Numbered from the stretch's first letter, positions 38,089 through 47,552 are shown. The stretch: DNA of 64,000 nucleotides from an uncultured Acidobacteriota bacterium (GCA_963714035.1 OY970224.1:2471753-2535752), one strand, 5' to 3'. Program-made: numbers and translations. The notes: generated from the sequence alone by a model not told the origin.

Positions 38089-38116
38089 GCGTATCCTATG
38101 AGATACAACCCGTCAA
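38088..38116 (-). promoter_or_regulatory. TA promoter with palindromic operator
   Basis: Minus strand TTGACG-17-TACGCT; inverted repeat GTATC-N6-GATAC (38091-38106). Confidence 0.7.
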
Positions 38117-38129
38117 GGGACCGGAGTCC

Positions 38130-38167
38130 AAAGAGATCGCCGCCTCGCTTCGCTCCTCGCGATGACG
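38130..38167. repeat. family-B half element
   Basis: GAGATCGCCGCCTCGCTTCGCTCCTCGCGATGACG. Confidence 0.65.
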
Positions 38168-40045
38168 CTACCCGGGCAGAACGTCACGTTTGTCTCCGGA
38201 ACGCCTCGTGACCTTCATCTCGTCCAGGTACTCGAGGAGCGGGATCGCGATGCGGCGGGTGAGGCCGAACATCTCCTTGAACTCGGGGACGGAGATCGTC
38301 GATTTGCCGGAGGCGCGGAGATCGGCGACGACGCGGTCGACCGCGGCGCGGGAGACGAAAAAACCGCCGGGGAGACGCGCGAGGCGCCTCTCCTTCACGA
38401 GATAGGCGAGGAGGCCTTCGACGATCTTCGGCTTCGCGGAGAGCTTCATCGCCACGTCGCCAGGGGACGGCGGCTCGAGACCTCCTTCGTCGAAGAGCGC
38501 CGCGATCTTGTCCGCCATCTTCTGCTCGCCCCCGGGAAGCGCGCGCTCGCCGGGGAGGCGCAGGCTGTCCCCCTCGGCGATCACCTTCCCCGAGTCGCCG
38601 ATCGACCGAAGGACGACCTCGGCGTCGCGAGCGGAGAACGCGCCGAAAACCTGCTCGAGGACGGCCGCGCGGGAGGCCTCCACCGCGCCGGGCCGCCGCT
38701 TGATCTCTTCGGCGACGGCGGCGGTCGTTCGGGCGGCCAGGTCCTCCCACCGCTCCTGTGAAACGAAGAGCCGTCCGGCATCGAGCTCCCGGATCGCCTT
38801 CGATTCCACGGCGCCCGACAGGAGCGCCCGGACTTCCTCCTCGCGTCTTCCTTCGTCGCGCGCGAGGCCCTCCCGTGACACTCCCGAAGCGGAACGATCG
38901 ACGCGCCGCGCGAGGCGCTCTGCGGGCGACCCGGAGAGGAAGACCCGGCGGTCCTCGGCCGAGATCTTTCGCGGCGGATTTGCATCGAGCACCTCCCCTC
39001 CGCCGATCGTCGCCGCGGGGGAGAGACGTCGCACGATGAAGCGGTCGCCGCTCCTCGCCGCCGCGGGCGACTCGAGCGTCAGGAGCGCGGCGCCGCTGCT
39101 CGCTGCCTGAATCGGGTCCCAGAGGCGCACGCGGGCGACGTGCTCCGAGGCGAAATGGTGGAAAGCGACCTCGTCGCCGCTCTCGAGCGCCGGGGCGTCG
39201 GCGAGGAGAGACAGGCGGACGAGGAGGCGCGACGTCGCCGCGATCGACCCGGGCGCGACGATCATCTGTCCGCGGCGGAGCTGCTCCCGCTCGACCCCCG
39301 CAAGGTTCGCGCTCGTGCGCTCGCCGGCGCGAGCGGTCTCGACGGCCTCGTCGTGCACCTCGACGCGGCGGACGCGTGCTTCCAGGCCCTCGGGGAGGAT
39401 CTCAACTTTCTGTCCCGCGGTGAGCGTTCCGTCCAAGAGGCTTCCGGTGACGACCGGGCCGAATCCCGCGATCGAGAAAGCCCGGTCGATCGGAAGGCGC
39501 AGCGGCCTCCGGTCGCGATCGCCCGACGTTTCGTTTGCGATCGCAAAGAGCGTGTCGGCAAGCGCTTCGACGCCGTCTCCCGTGCGGGCGGAGACGCGGA
39601 GGATCGGAGCGTCTTCGAGGAACGACCCCGCGACGAGCTCGCGGACCTCCAGCTCGGCGGCACCCGCCACGTCGTCCGGAACCCGGTCGATCTTCGTCAG
39701 CGCGATCACGCCGCGGGGAATCCCGAGGAGCCGCACGATCGCGAAATGCTCGCGCGTCTGCGGCTTGACCCCCTCGTCGGCCGCGACGACGAGCAGCACG
39801 GCGTCGACCCCGCCCGCGCCCGCCAGCATGTTGCGGACGAAACGCTCGTGCCCCGGCACGTCGACGAACCCGATCCGGGAGTCGCCGCGCGCGAGGTGCG
39901 CGAAGCCGAGATCGATCGTGATGCCGCGCGCCTTCTCCTCGGGCAGACGATCAGCGTCGATCCCGGTGAGCGAGCGGACGAGGGCGGTCTTCCCGTGATC
40001 GATGTGGCCGGCCGTGCCGATGATGAACCGCCGCGCGATTTGCAC
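38168..40045 (-). CDS. selB: selenocysteine-specific elongation factor
   Basis: [41 protein letters not shown]-terminal winged helix [13 protein letters not shown]; GTG 40045. Confidence 0.95.
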   Translation of the reverse strand: MQIARRFIIGTAGHIDHGKTALVRSLTGIDADRLPEEKARGITIDLGFAHLARGDSRIGFVDVPGHERFVRNMLAGAGGVDAVLLVVAADEGVKPQTREHFAIVRLLGIPRGVIALTKIDRVPDDVAGAAELEVRELVAGSFLEDAPILRVSARTGDGVEALADTLFAIANETSGDRDRRPLRLPIDRAFSIAGFGPVVTGSLLDGTLTAGQKVEILPEGLEARVRRVEVHDEAVETARAGERTSANLAGVEREQLRRGQMIVAPGSIAATSRLLVRLSLLADAPALESGDEVAFHHFASEHVARVRLWDPIQAASSGAALLTLESPAAARSGDRFIVRRLSPAATIGGGEVLDANPPRKISAEDRRVFLSGSPAERLARRVDRSASGVSREGLARDEGRREEEVRALLSGAVESKAIRELDAGRLFVSQERWEDLAARTTAAVAEEIKRRPGAVEASRAAVLEQVFGAFSARDAEVVLRSIGDSGKVIAEGDSLRLPGERALPGGEQKMADKIAALFDEGGLEPPSPGDVAMKLSAKPKIVEGLLAYLVKERRLARLPGGFFVSRAAVDRVVADLRASGKSTISVPEFKEMFGLTRRIAIPLLEYLDEMKVTRRSGDKRDVLPG

Positions 40046-40416
40046 GGGCCTATTTAATCTCACGAAGAGAGGGCGCGGCGATGGCCTTCGATGACCGACA
40101 TCAGCGAAACGTGCTTCGCAGCGCGCTCCGCGCATCGCGGCCGTCGCCCGCGATCGTTTCGCCCCTCGTCCAACCTGGGGAAAGGAATTTTCCCCAGACC
40201 CCTTTTTTCGGGGCCCCGACCTCGACGGCAAAATGGTGTTTCCTGGCCAGCGATACCTCTTCTGCCATCCGCCATCAGAACCGCCCTTTAGAATTTGGGA
40301 GGGAACCGACGTTGCTGAGTCGGCGGCCAGGCTGCCGCGAGTACGCGGCATCTTCTCCGTTCGGAAAGACGTGGGGTTGAGGTGCGGCGAGCTGCGCGAT
40401 GGGATAGCCTTCTCCC

Positions 40417-40863
40417 GTGCCCGAGATGCTGAAGAAGATCGAATCGGACGTGAAGGACGCGATGCGCGCGGGCGCCAAGACGAAGGTTTCGACGCTCCGC
40501 CTCCTGCTCGCGGCGCTGAAGAACGAAAAGATCCAGGCGCACCGCGATCTGACCGACGAGGAGATCGAGGCGGTGATCCGCCGCGGCGTCAAACAGCGGA
40601 AGGACTCGATCGAGCAGTACGCCAAGGGCAACCGCCCCGACCTCGTCGACGCGGAGACGGCGGAGCTCGAGATCCTGAACGGATATCTTCCGCAAGGTCT
40701 CTCCGAGCAGGACCTCGAAAGCGCGGTCAAGGGAATCATCGAGGAGCGCTCGCTGACTTCGAAAAAGGAGGTCGGCACGGTGATGAAGGAGCTCATGACG
40801 CGGTACAAGGGGAAGGTCGACGGCCGCCGAGCCCGGGAGATCGCCCAGCGACTTCTACCGTGA
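40417..40863 (+). CDS. GatB/YqeY domain protein
   Basis: DVKDAMRA...LR, KQRKDSIEQY..GNR.DL, YLP, GTVMK, GKVDG. Confidence 0.93.
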   Translation: MPEMLKKIESDVKDAMRAGAKTKVSTLRLLLAALKNEKIQAHRDLTDEEIEAVIRRGVKQRKDSIEQYAKGNRPDLVDAETAELEILNGYLPQGLSEQDLESAVKGIIEERSLTSKKEVGTVMKELMTRYKGKVDGRRAREIAQRLLP

Positions 40864-41028
40864 CGGCTCACCGCCGTCGTACCGTGACGGCTCACCGCCG
40901 TCGTGCCGTGACGGCTCACCGCCGTCGTGCCGTGACGGCTCACCGCCGTCGTGCCGTGACGGCTTGCCGCCGTCGTGCCGTGGCCGCTCACCGCGGTCGT
41001 TCCTTGACGGCTCGTTTTCCCTCCGTCA
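40858..41028. repeat. 24-bp tandem hairpin array, 6 units plus 1 degenerate, starting at the yqeY stop codon
   Basis: CCGTGACGGCTCACCGCCGTCGTG-like units at 40858, 40882, 40906, 40930, 40954, 40978 and 41002. Confidence 0.95.
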
Positions 41029-41047
41029 CCGCCCGCCGCGTTCATAA

Positions 41048-41608
41048 ATGACCGCTTCCGACTCGTCCGAAGAATCGGAGATCAAGATCCCCGTTCCGGA
41101 GCTGGCCCCGATTCGCGGGCGGCTTGCGGATGTCGAGCGCATCTCCGAACGCCACGACGAGTCCAACATCCTCTTCGACGACTCGAAGGGATCGCTCGGG
41201 AGGGCTGGGAACGTGCTCCGGTTGAGACGCGCCCGCGGCCGCGCCGTGCTCACGTTCAAGGGACCGGCGGCGTTCGAAGGCGCGGTCAAGCGCCGGGAAG
41301 AGCTCGAGACGGAGGTCACCGATCCGGAGACGTTCGAGCGCGTTCTCGAACGGCTCGGGTTCCTTCGGAAATTCCGGTACGACAAGCGCCGCGAGGAATT
41401 CCGCGTGGAAGGGTGCGTCGTCGCGCTCGACGAAACCCCGATCGGGACGTTCGTCGAGATCGAGGGGGATTCGTCGCAGATCCCCACGGCGGCGGCCCGC
41501 CTCGGACTCCAACCCGGCAACGCCGTCCATGATTCCTACCCGGGGCTCTACCGGCGCGCGCGGGAGAAGGATCCCTCGCTCCCGCCCGACATGGTCTTCC
41601 GAGAATGA
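41048..41608 (+). CDS. CYTH-domain protein (class IV adenylate cyclase/triphosphatase family)
   Basis: ESEIK, LRLR, LTFKGP, REELE, YDKRRE, LDETPIGTFVEIEG, SY..LY. Confidence 0.88.
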   Translation: MTASDSSEESEIKIPVPELAPIRGRLADVERISERHDESNILFDDSKGSLGRAGNVLRLRRARGRAVLTFKGPAAFEGAVKRREELETEVTDPETFERVLERLGFLRKFRYDKRREEFRVEGCVVALDETPIGTFVEIEGDSSQIPTAAARLGLQPGNAVHDSYPGLYRRAREKDPSLPPDMVFRE

Positions 41609-42660
41609 AGCCGATCGTCCTCTGCGCCGGGCTCGGGACGCGCCTCCGTCCCGCGACTCTCGACCGGCCGAAGGCCCTCTTCCGGTTCCTGAACGTTCCT
41701 CTCGTCGACCGGCGGCTTCGATCGCTGGCCCGCCAGGGATTCCCGCAGGTCGCGATCAACCTTCATCATGAAGGCCGTCAGATCGTGGAGCACCTCGGCG
41801 AGAGCGGGGCGGCCGGGACGGCGATCCGCTTCTTCTGGGAGCCGGACATTCTCGGCACCGCCGGCGCGGTGAAAAACGCCGAGTCGTTCTTCGAACACGA
41901 GGAAGCGGCGATCTGGAACGTGGACGCCGAGCTCGACGCCGACCTCGGCGCGCTGCTCCGCGCGCACCGCCGCGACGGCAACGCCGCGACCCTCCTCGTG
42001 ACGCGGAATCCCGACCCGGGGCGCTTCACGCCGCTCGAGGCGGAGGGGTCGCGTCTGGTTCGGGTCGGAACGGTCGACGGCCGGGGCCGCGACCTCGTCC
42101 GGGGTAGTGGCGCCGGCCCGGGCGAGCATCCCCTCCTCTTCACCGGCGTCTCGATCCTCGCTCCGCGCACGATCGAGCGCATTCCCCCCGGCGCCCGGTC
42201 GCTCGTCGACGACCTCTGGCTCCCCCTCCTCGCCGAAGGGCGGGAACGGATCGGCGTCGTCTTCCACGAAGGGAGCTTCTTCGATCTCGGGACGCCCGCC
42301 GACGTCGTCGCGGCCTCGATGGCGGCGCTCGAATCGGGCCGCGATTTCGATCCGGCGGAGGGATTCTTCGACGGCCGAGCGAAAGTCCTCGCGGCCGACC
42401 CCGGCGCGGTTCCTGCGGGCGTCTCCCGGTCGGTCGTCGGGCGCGCGCGAATCGCGGACGCCGCCCGCGTCGAGGGTTCCGTGCTCCTCGACGGCGCCGA
42501 CGTCGGGGTCGCCGGCACCGTGAGCGACAGCCTCGTCGGGCCGGTGCGCGTCGAAGCCGGCGACGATGCCGAAGGCATGTTCCTGTGGCCCGGAGACACC
42601 GGTGTGATGCGGATTCCTCTTCACGACTCCTCCCAGCGCCGCGCTCCGGCGGTGAAATAG
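41605..42660 (+). CDS. NDP-sugar pyrophosphorylase/nucleotidyltransferase
   Basis: LCAGLGTRLRPAT..RPKAL, INLHH, EPDILGTAGA, DLGTP. Confidence 0.88.
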   Translation: MKPIVLCAGLGTRLRPATLDRPKALFRFLNVPLVDRRLRSLARQGFPQVAINLHHEGRQIVEHLGESGAAGTAIRFFWEPDILGTAGAVKNAESFFEHEEAAIWNVDAELDADLGALLRAHRRDGNAATLLVTRNPDPGRFTPLEAEGSRLVRVGTVDGRGRDLVRGSGAGPGEHPLLFTGVSILAPRTIERIPPGARSLVDDLWLPLLAEGRERIGVVFHEGSFFDLGTPADVVAASMAALESGRDFDPAEGFFDGRAKVLAADPGAVPAGVSRSVVGRARIADAARVEGSVLLDGADVGVAGTVSDSLVGPVRVEAGDDAEGMFLWPGDTGVMRIPLHDSSQRRAPAVK

Positions 42661-43208
42661 AGGACGCGGATGCGCCCCGTTCGGTTGTAGACGCGGACGA
42701 CCGCCATGCGCGTTCGTCCGTCGGTCAGGTAAAGCGACCCGGGCGTGCACTCGCCGAGCGGCGAGAACGAACAGATGTTGCTGCTGTTGAACCGGACGGG
42801 ATCGTCGATTCCCGTGAGGGCCTTCGAGGGCGAGGAGGGATCGGGCACGCGAACGCCGTGGAGGATTCCGATCCGGACGTCGCCGCGATCCCAGCCGTGC
42901 GAGCCCTCCGCGGGCGGGTCGATTCCCTTGAGGATGTCCTTCGTCAGGACGCCGTTGCCGTTTCCGTCGCGGTAGATCGCGAGGCGGTAGCCGGTGGGGA
43001 AGATCTCGATGCGAACGGCCGCTTCCCGACCCGTCTTGATCGCCGTCATCCGCGCCATCCGGAACGTCATCGCCGCCTCCTGGCCGGCCGTGCGGATCCG
43101 GACGTTCCCGTAAAGACCCTGGGCGCTCGGGATGGCGATCAGGAGCATCGTGGCGCCGATCGCGAGCACCGCGAGCAGCTCGACAAGGGAGAAGCCGTTC
43201 CGATTCAT
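42621..43208 (-). CDS. GspH/FimT-like pseudopilin
   Basis: Prepilin cleavage site G|FSLVELL followed by a hydrophobic helix. Confidence 0.85.
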   Translation of the reverse strand: MNRNGFSLVELLAVLAIGATMLLIAIPSAQGLYGNVRIRTAGQEAAMTFRMARMTAIKTGREAAVRIEIFPTGYRLAIYRDGNGNGVLTKDILKGIDPPAEGSHGWDRGDVRIGILHGVRVPDPSSPSKALTGIDDPVRFNSSNICSFSPLGECTPGSLYLTDGRTRMAVVRVYNRTGRIRVLYFTAGARRWEES

Positions 43209-43272
43209 CGTCGTCGAAAAATCGGGCCCGGCGGCGGAGGGCGGGATCGCCCGGGCCGCCGGGCCCTCTCGA

Positions 43273-43653
43273 TCAGGCTGCCTTCGCGGCCTTCGTCCGG
43301 GTGCGCGTGCGCGTTCCGGTCGACTTGACCTTCTGGGTGAGCGTCGTGTTGCCGGAGACCGTGAGGTGCGGCCGGAGGACGACGAAGAGCTTCTCGCCGA
43401 CCCCCTTGACCTCCATGAGGTCTTCGACCTTCTTGAACGGGCCGTTCGTCTTGCGGTACTCGACGACGCGCTGCGCGAGCTTGAGTCCGACGCGGGGAAG
43501 GAGCGCGATCTGCTCGGCCGACGCGGAGTTGAGATTGATCGACCCGGTCGCGGCGGGGGAGGCGGGATCGGCGCCCTTCGTCGGGGTCGCGGCGCGCGCC
43601 CCCGTCAGCGACATCGTCACCAGGAGCGGGAGGGCGATCTTCCATTTCTGCAT
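43273..43653 (-). CDS. comEA: ComEA-family HhH DNA-binding protein
   Basis: Signal peptide; INLNSAS, LPRVG...AQRVVEYR..NGPF..VEDL.EVKGVG. Confidence 0.9.
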   Translation of the reverse strand: MQKWKIALPLLVTMSLTGARAATPTKGADPASPAATGSINLNSASAEQIALLPRVGLKLAQRVVEYRKTNGPFKKVEDLMEVKGVGEKLFVVLRPHLTVSGNTTLTQKVKSTGTRTRTRTKAAKAA

Positions 43654-43775
43654 GGGCGAATTCCTTTCTTCGAAGGGAGTTTCTGGATTCGATTCCGGGG
43701 TTTTGTCCTCATCACCTTTTCCGCGGCTATTCCTTCATCGTCACCTCCGCAAAAAATTGTTCGAGGGGCGGTAAG

Positions 43776-43790
43776 GCGAGATGCGGGCCA
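43776..43790 (-). promoter_or_regulatory. candidate sigma54 promoter for comEA-pseudopilin
   Basis: TGGCCCGCATCTCGC (GG-N10-GC; two mismatches to TGGCACG-N4-TTGC). Confidence 0.45.
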
Positions 43791-43975
43791 TGGAAATGGA
43801 ATGGTCAAGTCATTCAAAAACAGTGACTTTCGTTTCCTGCGTCCGAGGTCGCCGACAGAATGTTTTTCCGCCCCTTCTCGAAAAGAGGGGCGGAATGTCA
43901 GCGGCGCATGGGTTCACCCGCCGACGAAAATCCGGGCGCCTGAAAGAAATTTTGTCGGCTCTATAATCGCGCGGC

Positions 43976-44593
43976 GTGCCGGGAGAGGGGAAAGAGATCG
44001 TCGTTGGCGTTTCCGGCGCTTCCGGAAGCGCGCTCGCGATCGGGCTCCTGCAATCGATCCTTCCCCTCGACGCGGTTTCCCGGATTCACCTCGTCGTCTC
44101 CCCGTCCGCGCTGGCGGTGGCGCGGCAGGAGGTCGGACCGGAGATCCACGACGCCCGGAGTTTCGTCACGGTCCTCGGGCTCGAACCGCGGGTCGCGGGA
44201 AAGATCGAGATTCACCCGGACGACGACGTCTCGGCGTCGATCTCTTCGGGCTCCTACCCGACGGACGGCATGGTCGTCATCCCTTGCAGCGCCGGAACGC
44301 TCGCTTCGATCGCGCACGGGATCTCGCGAGGGCTTCTGCAACGCGCGGCCGACGTGACGTTGAAGGAGCGGCGCCCGCTCGTGCTGTCCTTCCGGGAGAG
44401 CCCCTATTCGCTCGTGCATCTCGACAACATGACCGCGGTGACGCGGGCCGGCGGAATCGTCATGCCGCCGTCGCCCGCCTTCTACATCGAGGCGCCGTCG
44501 ATCGAGCGGCTCATGGAGGCCTACTTCTTCCGCGTCGCGCGCGTCTTCGGGCTCGACCTGCCCGGCGAGTTCGTCTGGCGCGGTCCGCGTTAG
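43976..44593 (+). CDS. ubiX: flavin prenyltransferase
   Basis: VGVSGASG, ASISSGS, PCSAGTL, RAADVTLKERRPLVL..RESP. Confidence 0.95.
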   Translation: MPGEGKEIVVGVSGASGSALAIGLLQSILPLDAVSRIHLVVSPSALAVARQEVGPEIHDARSFVTVLGLEPRVAGKIEIHPDDDVSASISSGSYPTDGMVVIPCSAGTLASIAHGISRGLLQRAADVTLKERRPLVLSFRESPYSLVHLDNMTAVTRAGGIVMPPSPAFYIEAPSIERLMEAYFFRVARVFGLDLPGEFVWRGPR

Positions 44594-44600
44594 GCCACAG

Positions 44601-45467
44601 GTGAGTACCGCGACGGCCGGGCGATTCCGCGAATCGCTCGAGATGATCAAGTTCTCGCACACGGTCTTCGCGCTGCCGTTCGCCCTGCTCGCGTACTTCC
44701 GCGCCGCGGGCCCGCAGCCGTCCTGGCGCACCGCCGGCTGGGTGGTCATGGCGATGATCGGCGCCCGCACTGCCGCGATGGCGTTCAACCGAATCGCGGA
44801 CCGGACGATCGACGCCGACAATCCGCGCACGGCGACACGCGCGCTTCCGGCCGGAAGGCTCCCCGTCGGCTTCGCCGCGGCGCTCTGCGCGGCGGGATCG
44901 CTCGTGTTCTTCGCCGCCGCCTTCGAGCTCAATCGGCTCGCCTTCGCGCTCGCCTTCCCGACGCTCGCGGTGCTCTTCGCCTATTCGTTCACGAAGCGAT
45001 TCACCGCGCTCTCGCACGTCGTGCTCGGGCTGTGCCTCGGCATCGCGCCGGTGGGCGCGTGGGTGGCGGTCCGGGGAAGGATCGAATGGCCGCCGGTCGC
45101 TCTCGGCCTCGCGGTGCTCTTCTGGACGGCCGGCTTCGACGTCCTCTACGCGCTGCAGGACGAGGTGTTCGACCGCGGCCGGGGCCTGCGCTCGATTCCG
45201 GCGACGCTCGGGACGGTCGGCGCGCTGTGGGTGTCGGGGCTCTTCCACGTCGCGACGCTTCTGTTCCTCGTGCTCTTCGACCGGGCGGTCGGCGGCGGTC
45301 CGATGTTTGCGGCCGCGGTCGTCATCGCCGGCCTGGCGCTGGCGGTCCAGCACGCGATCGTGCGCCCGAACGACCTTTCGCGGCTGAACGCGGCGTTCTT
45401 CACCGCGAACGGGATCCTGTCGGTGGCGGTGGGGGTATTGGGCATCGCCGACCTGTGGGTGAGGTAG
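44601..45467 (+). CDS. UbiA-family prenyltransferase (MqnP-like)
   Basis: IKFSHTVFALPFA, AMAFNRIADR.IDA.NPRT, GFDVLYALQD. Confidence 0.9.
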   Translation: MSTATAGRFRESLEMIKFSHTVFALPFALLAYFRAAGPQPSWRTAGWVVMAMIGARTAAMAFNRIADRTIDADNPRTATRALPAGRLPVGFAAALCAAGSLVFFAAAFELNRLAFALAFPTLAVLFAYSFTKRFTALSHVVLGLCLGIAPVGAWVAVRGRIEWPPVALGLAVLFWTAGFDVLYALQDEVFDRGRGLRSIPATLGTVGALWVSGLFHVATLLFLVLFDRAVGGGPMFAAAVVIAGLALAVQHAIVRPNDLSRLNAAFFTANGILSVAVGVLGIADLWVR

Positions 45468-45478
45468 GAGGCGCGGCG

Positions 45479-45887
45479 ATCCTCCTTCGCTCTTGCGAGC
45501 TTCGGGGGATTCCCCGTGAGATCCGCCGATGCCTTGGCGAAGGCGGATGCATCGGGCCGGGCGGCGGCGGCCCGATTGGCATCCTGTCGGAGCCGGTTGC
45601 CGCGCTGGCCGACTCTCCTGAGCCACTTGCGGTCATCCCGAGCGGAGCGAGGGATCTCGGTCGCGCGAGCCTCACCGACCCGATCGACCGAGATCCCTCG
45701 TCGCTTCGCTCCTCGCGGGATGACAACGGCAGGCGATGTTTTTCCGTAGGAGCGCCCTCCGAAGCGGGCGCGCCTCCCCGCGCGCCCGGGAAGATCCTCT
45801 TTCTCCGTCATCCTGAGGAGTGGCGCGACGAAGGATCTGCCATGGGGGGGCACCGGAGTAGATCCTTCGCTTCGCTCAGGATGACAG
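45479..45887. repeat. cluster of palindromic elements (family D 45479-45548; family B 45630-45726 and 45806-45887)
   Basis: TCCGCCGATGCCTTGGCGAAGGCGGA; GTCATCCCGAGCGGAGCGAGGGATCTC...GAGATCCCTCG..GGGATGAC; GTCATCCTGAG...CTCAGGATGAC. Confidence 0.8.
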
Positions 45888-45963
45888 TGGGATCCGGCTC
45901 CGCGATGGTCGTCATGTTCGGGGAGTCAGACCTGCCGACGGAACGGAGTAAAATCTCCGAATC

Positions 45964-46623
45964 GTGACCGGTTCCCCCCGAAGCGAGCTTGCCCTCCACC
46001 ACATCGCGATCGACGGGCCGATCGGGGTGGGAAAGACCTCGCTCGTCGAGCTTCTCGCCAAACGGTTCCAGGGGGTGAAGATCCTCGAGGACATCGACAA
46101 TCCTTTTCTGCCCGACTTCTACAAGAACAAGAAAGGCGCGGCCTTCCAGACGCAGCTCTTCTTCCTGCTCTCGCGATACCAGCAGCAGCGCGAGATCGCC
46201 CAGATCGACCTCTTTTCCGGTCTCGTCGTGGCCGACTACACGTTCCCGAAGGACAAGATCTTCGCGTGCCTGAACCTCGACGACTCGGAGCTCCTGATCT
46301 ACGACAAGCTCTATTCGCTGCTGTCGGAGAGCGTCCCGAAGCCGGATCTCGTCATCTATCTGCAGGGGTCGCTCGAGACGTGCCTCAAGCGCGTGAAGAA
46401 GCGGAACCTGGGCTACGAGAAGTCGATTTCCACCGACTATCTGAAGCAGCTGATCGAGGGGTATAACTATTACTTCTACCACTACGAGGAGACCCCGCTC
46501 CTCGTCGTCGACACCAACGAGATCGACTTCGTGAACCGCCCGGAGCACTTCGACGATCTGGTCGAGCAGATCAAGAAGATCAAAAAGGGCGTACAATATT
46601 ACGTTCCGATCGGATCCCGATAA
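45964..46623 (+). CDS. deoxynucleoside kinase
   Basis: IAIDGPIGVGKTS, NPFLPDFY, FQTQLFFLLSR, PDLVIYL. Confidence 0.92.
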   Translation: MTGSPRSELALHHIAIDGPIGVGKTSLVELLAKRFQGVKILEDIDNPFLPDFYKNKKGAAFQTQLFFLLSRYQQQREIAQIDLFSGLVVADYTFPKDKIFACLNLDDSELLIYDKLYSLLSESVPKPDLVIYLQGSLETCLKRVKKRNLGYEKSISTDYLKQLIEGYNYYFYHYEETPLLVVDTNEIDFVNRPEHFDDLVEQIKKIKKGVQYYVPIGSR

Positions 46624-46639
46624 GCGGGACCGAGACGGA
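46605..46639 (+). ncRNA. pan RNA motif (cis-regulatory hairpin upstream of panB)
   Basis: TCCG-a-TCGG-a-TCCCG-ataag-CGGGA-CCGA-ga-CGGA hairpin with bulged As; TACAAT at 46592; match to the known motif is from recall. Confidence 0.65.
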
Positions 46640-46705
46640 GGACATTTTTCACGAGCCCTTTTCGGCGGCCACCCTCGGGGGCCGACCGGAGGACGAGGAG
46701 CGAAC

Positions 46706-47545
46706 GTGAAGGCAGCGGAATCCCCGGTCTCCATTCCGGATCTCGTCTCCCGCAAAGGCCAGGAGAAGATCGCGGTCCTGACGGCGTACGACGCGCCGTC
46801 GGCGCGGATCCTCGACGCGGCCGGCATCGACGTCCTGCTCGTCGGCGACTCGGTCGAGATGGCGGTCTACGGCAAGGACTCGACGCTCACCGCTTCCCTC
46901 GACGCGCTCGTGCGCCATGCCGCGGCCGTTTCGGGCGCGGCCAGACGAGCGCTCGTCGTCGGCGACATGCCGTTCCTTTCCTACCAGGCGAGCCCGTCCG
47001 AGGCCGTGAAGAACGCCGGACGTTTCCTCGCGGAGGGGGGATGCGGCGCGGTCAAGCTCGAAGGGGGGCGCCGCGTGCTCCCCTCGGTCGAGGCGATCCT
47101 CGCGGCCGACATCCCGGTCATGGGCCACGTCGGCATGACGCCGCAGTCGTTCCGGAAATTCGGCGGCTTCAAGGTGCAGGGGAAGACCGCCGGCGCCGCG
47201 GAAGAGATCCTCGAAGACGCGCTCGCCCTCGCCGATGCCGGCTGCTTCGCGATCGTCCTCGAGTGCGTTCCGGACGCGCTCGCCGCCCGCATCACCGCGA
47301 CGGTGCCCGTCCCGACGATCGGCATCGGCGCCGGTCCCCATTGCGACGGCCAGGTGCTCGTGTACCACGACCTGCTCGGGCTCTCCGGCGAGTTCCGGCC
47401 GAAATTCGTCCGGCGCTACGCGGACCTCGCCCCGGTGATCGAAGACGCCGCCCGGCGCTATCTCGAGGACGTGAAGTCGGGCGCTTTTCCGTCCCGCGAG
47501 GAGACGTTCGTCCCCGACGCGCCGCCGCTCCGCCGGGTCTACTGA
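46706..47545 (+). CDS. panB: ketopantoate hydroxymethyltransferase
   Basis: LTAYD, LLVGDS, DMPFLSY, VKLEGG, GHVGMTPQ, TIGIGAG..CDGQVLV. Confidence 0.98.
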   Translation: MKAAESPVSIPDLVSRKGQEKIAVLTAYDAPSARILDAAGIDVLLVGDSVEMAVYGKDSTLTASLDALVRHAAAVSGAARRALVVGDMPFLSYQASPSEAVKNAGRFLAEGGCGAVKLEGGRRVLPSVEAILAADIPVMGHVGMTPQSFRKFGGFKVQGKTAGAAEEILEDALALADAGCFAIVLECVPDALAARITATVPVPTIGIGAGPHCDGQVLVYHDLLGLSGEFRPKFVRRYADLAPVIEDAARRYLEDVKSGAFPSREETFVPDAPPLRRVY

Positions 47546-47552
47546 GGGAATC

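Noticed and set aside
40290-40380. Possible tRNA-Sec (selC) near selB
   Set aside because: No acceptor stem, UCA anticodon arm or CCA end on either strand
40858-41028. CRISPR array
   Set aside because: Units are directly adjacent with no unique spacers, and no cas genes are present
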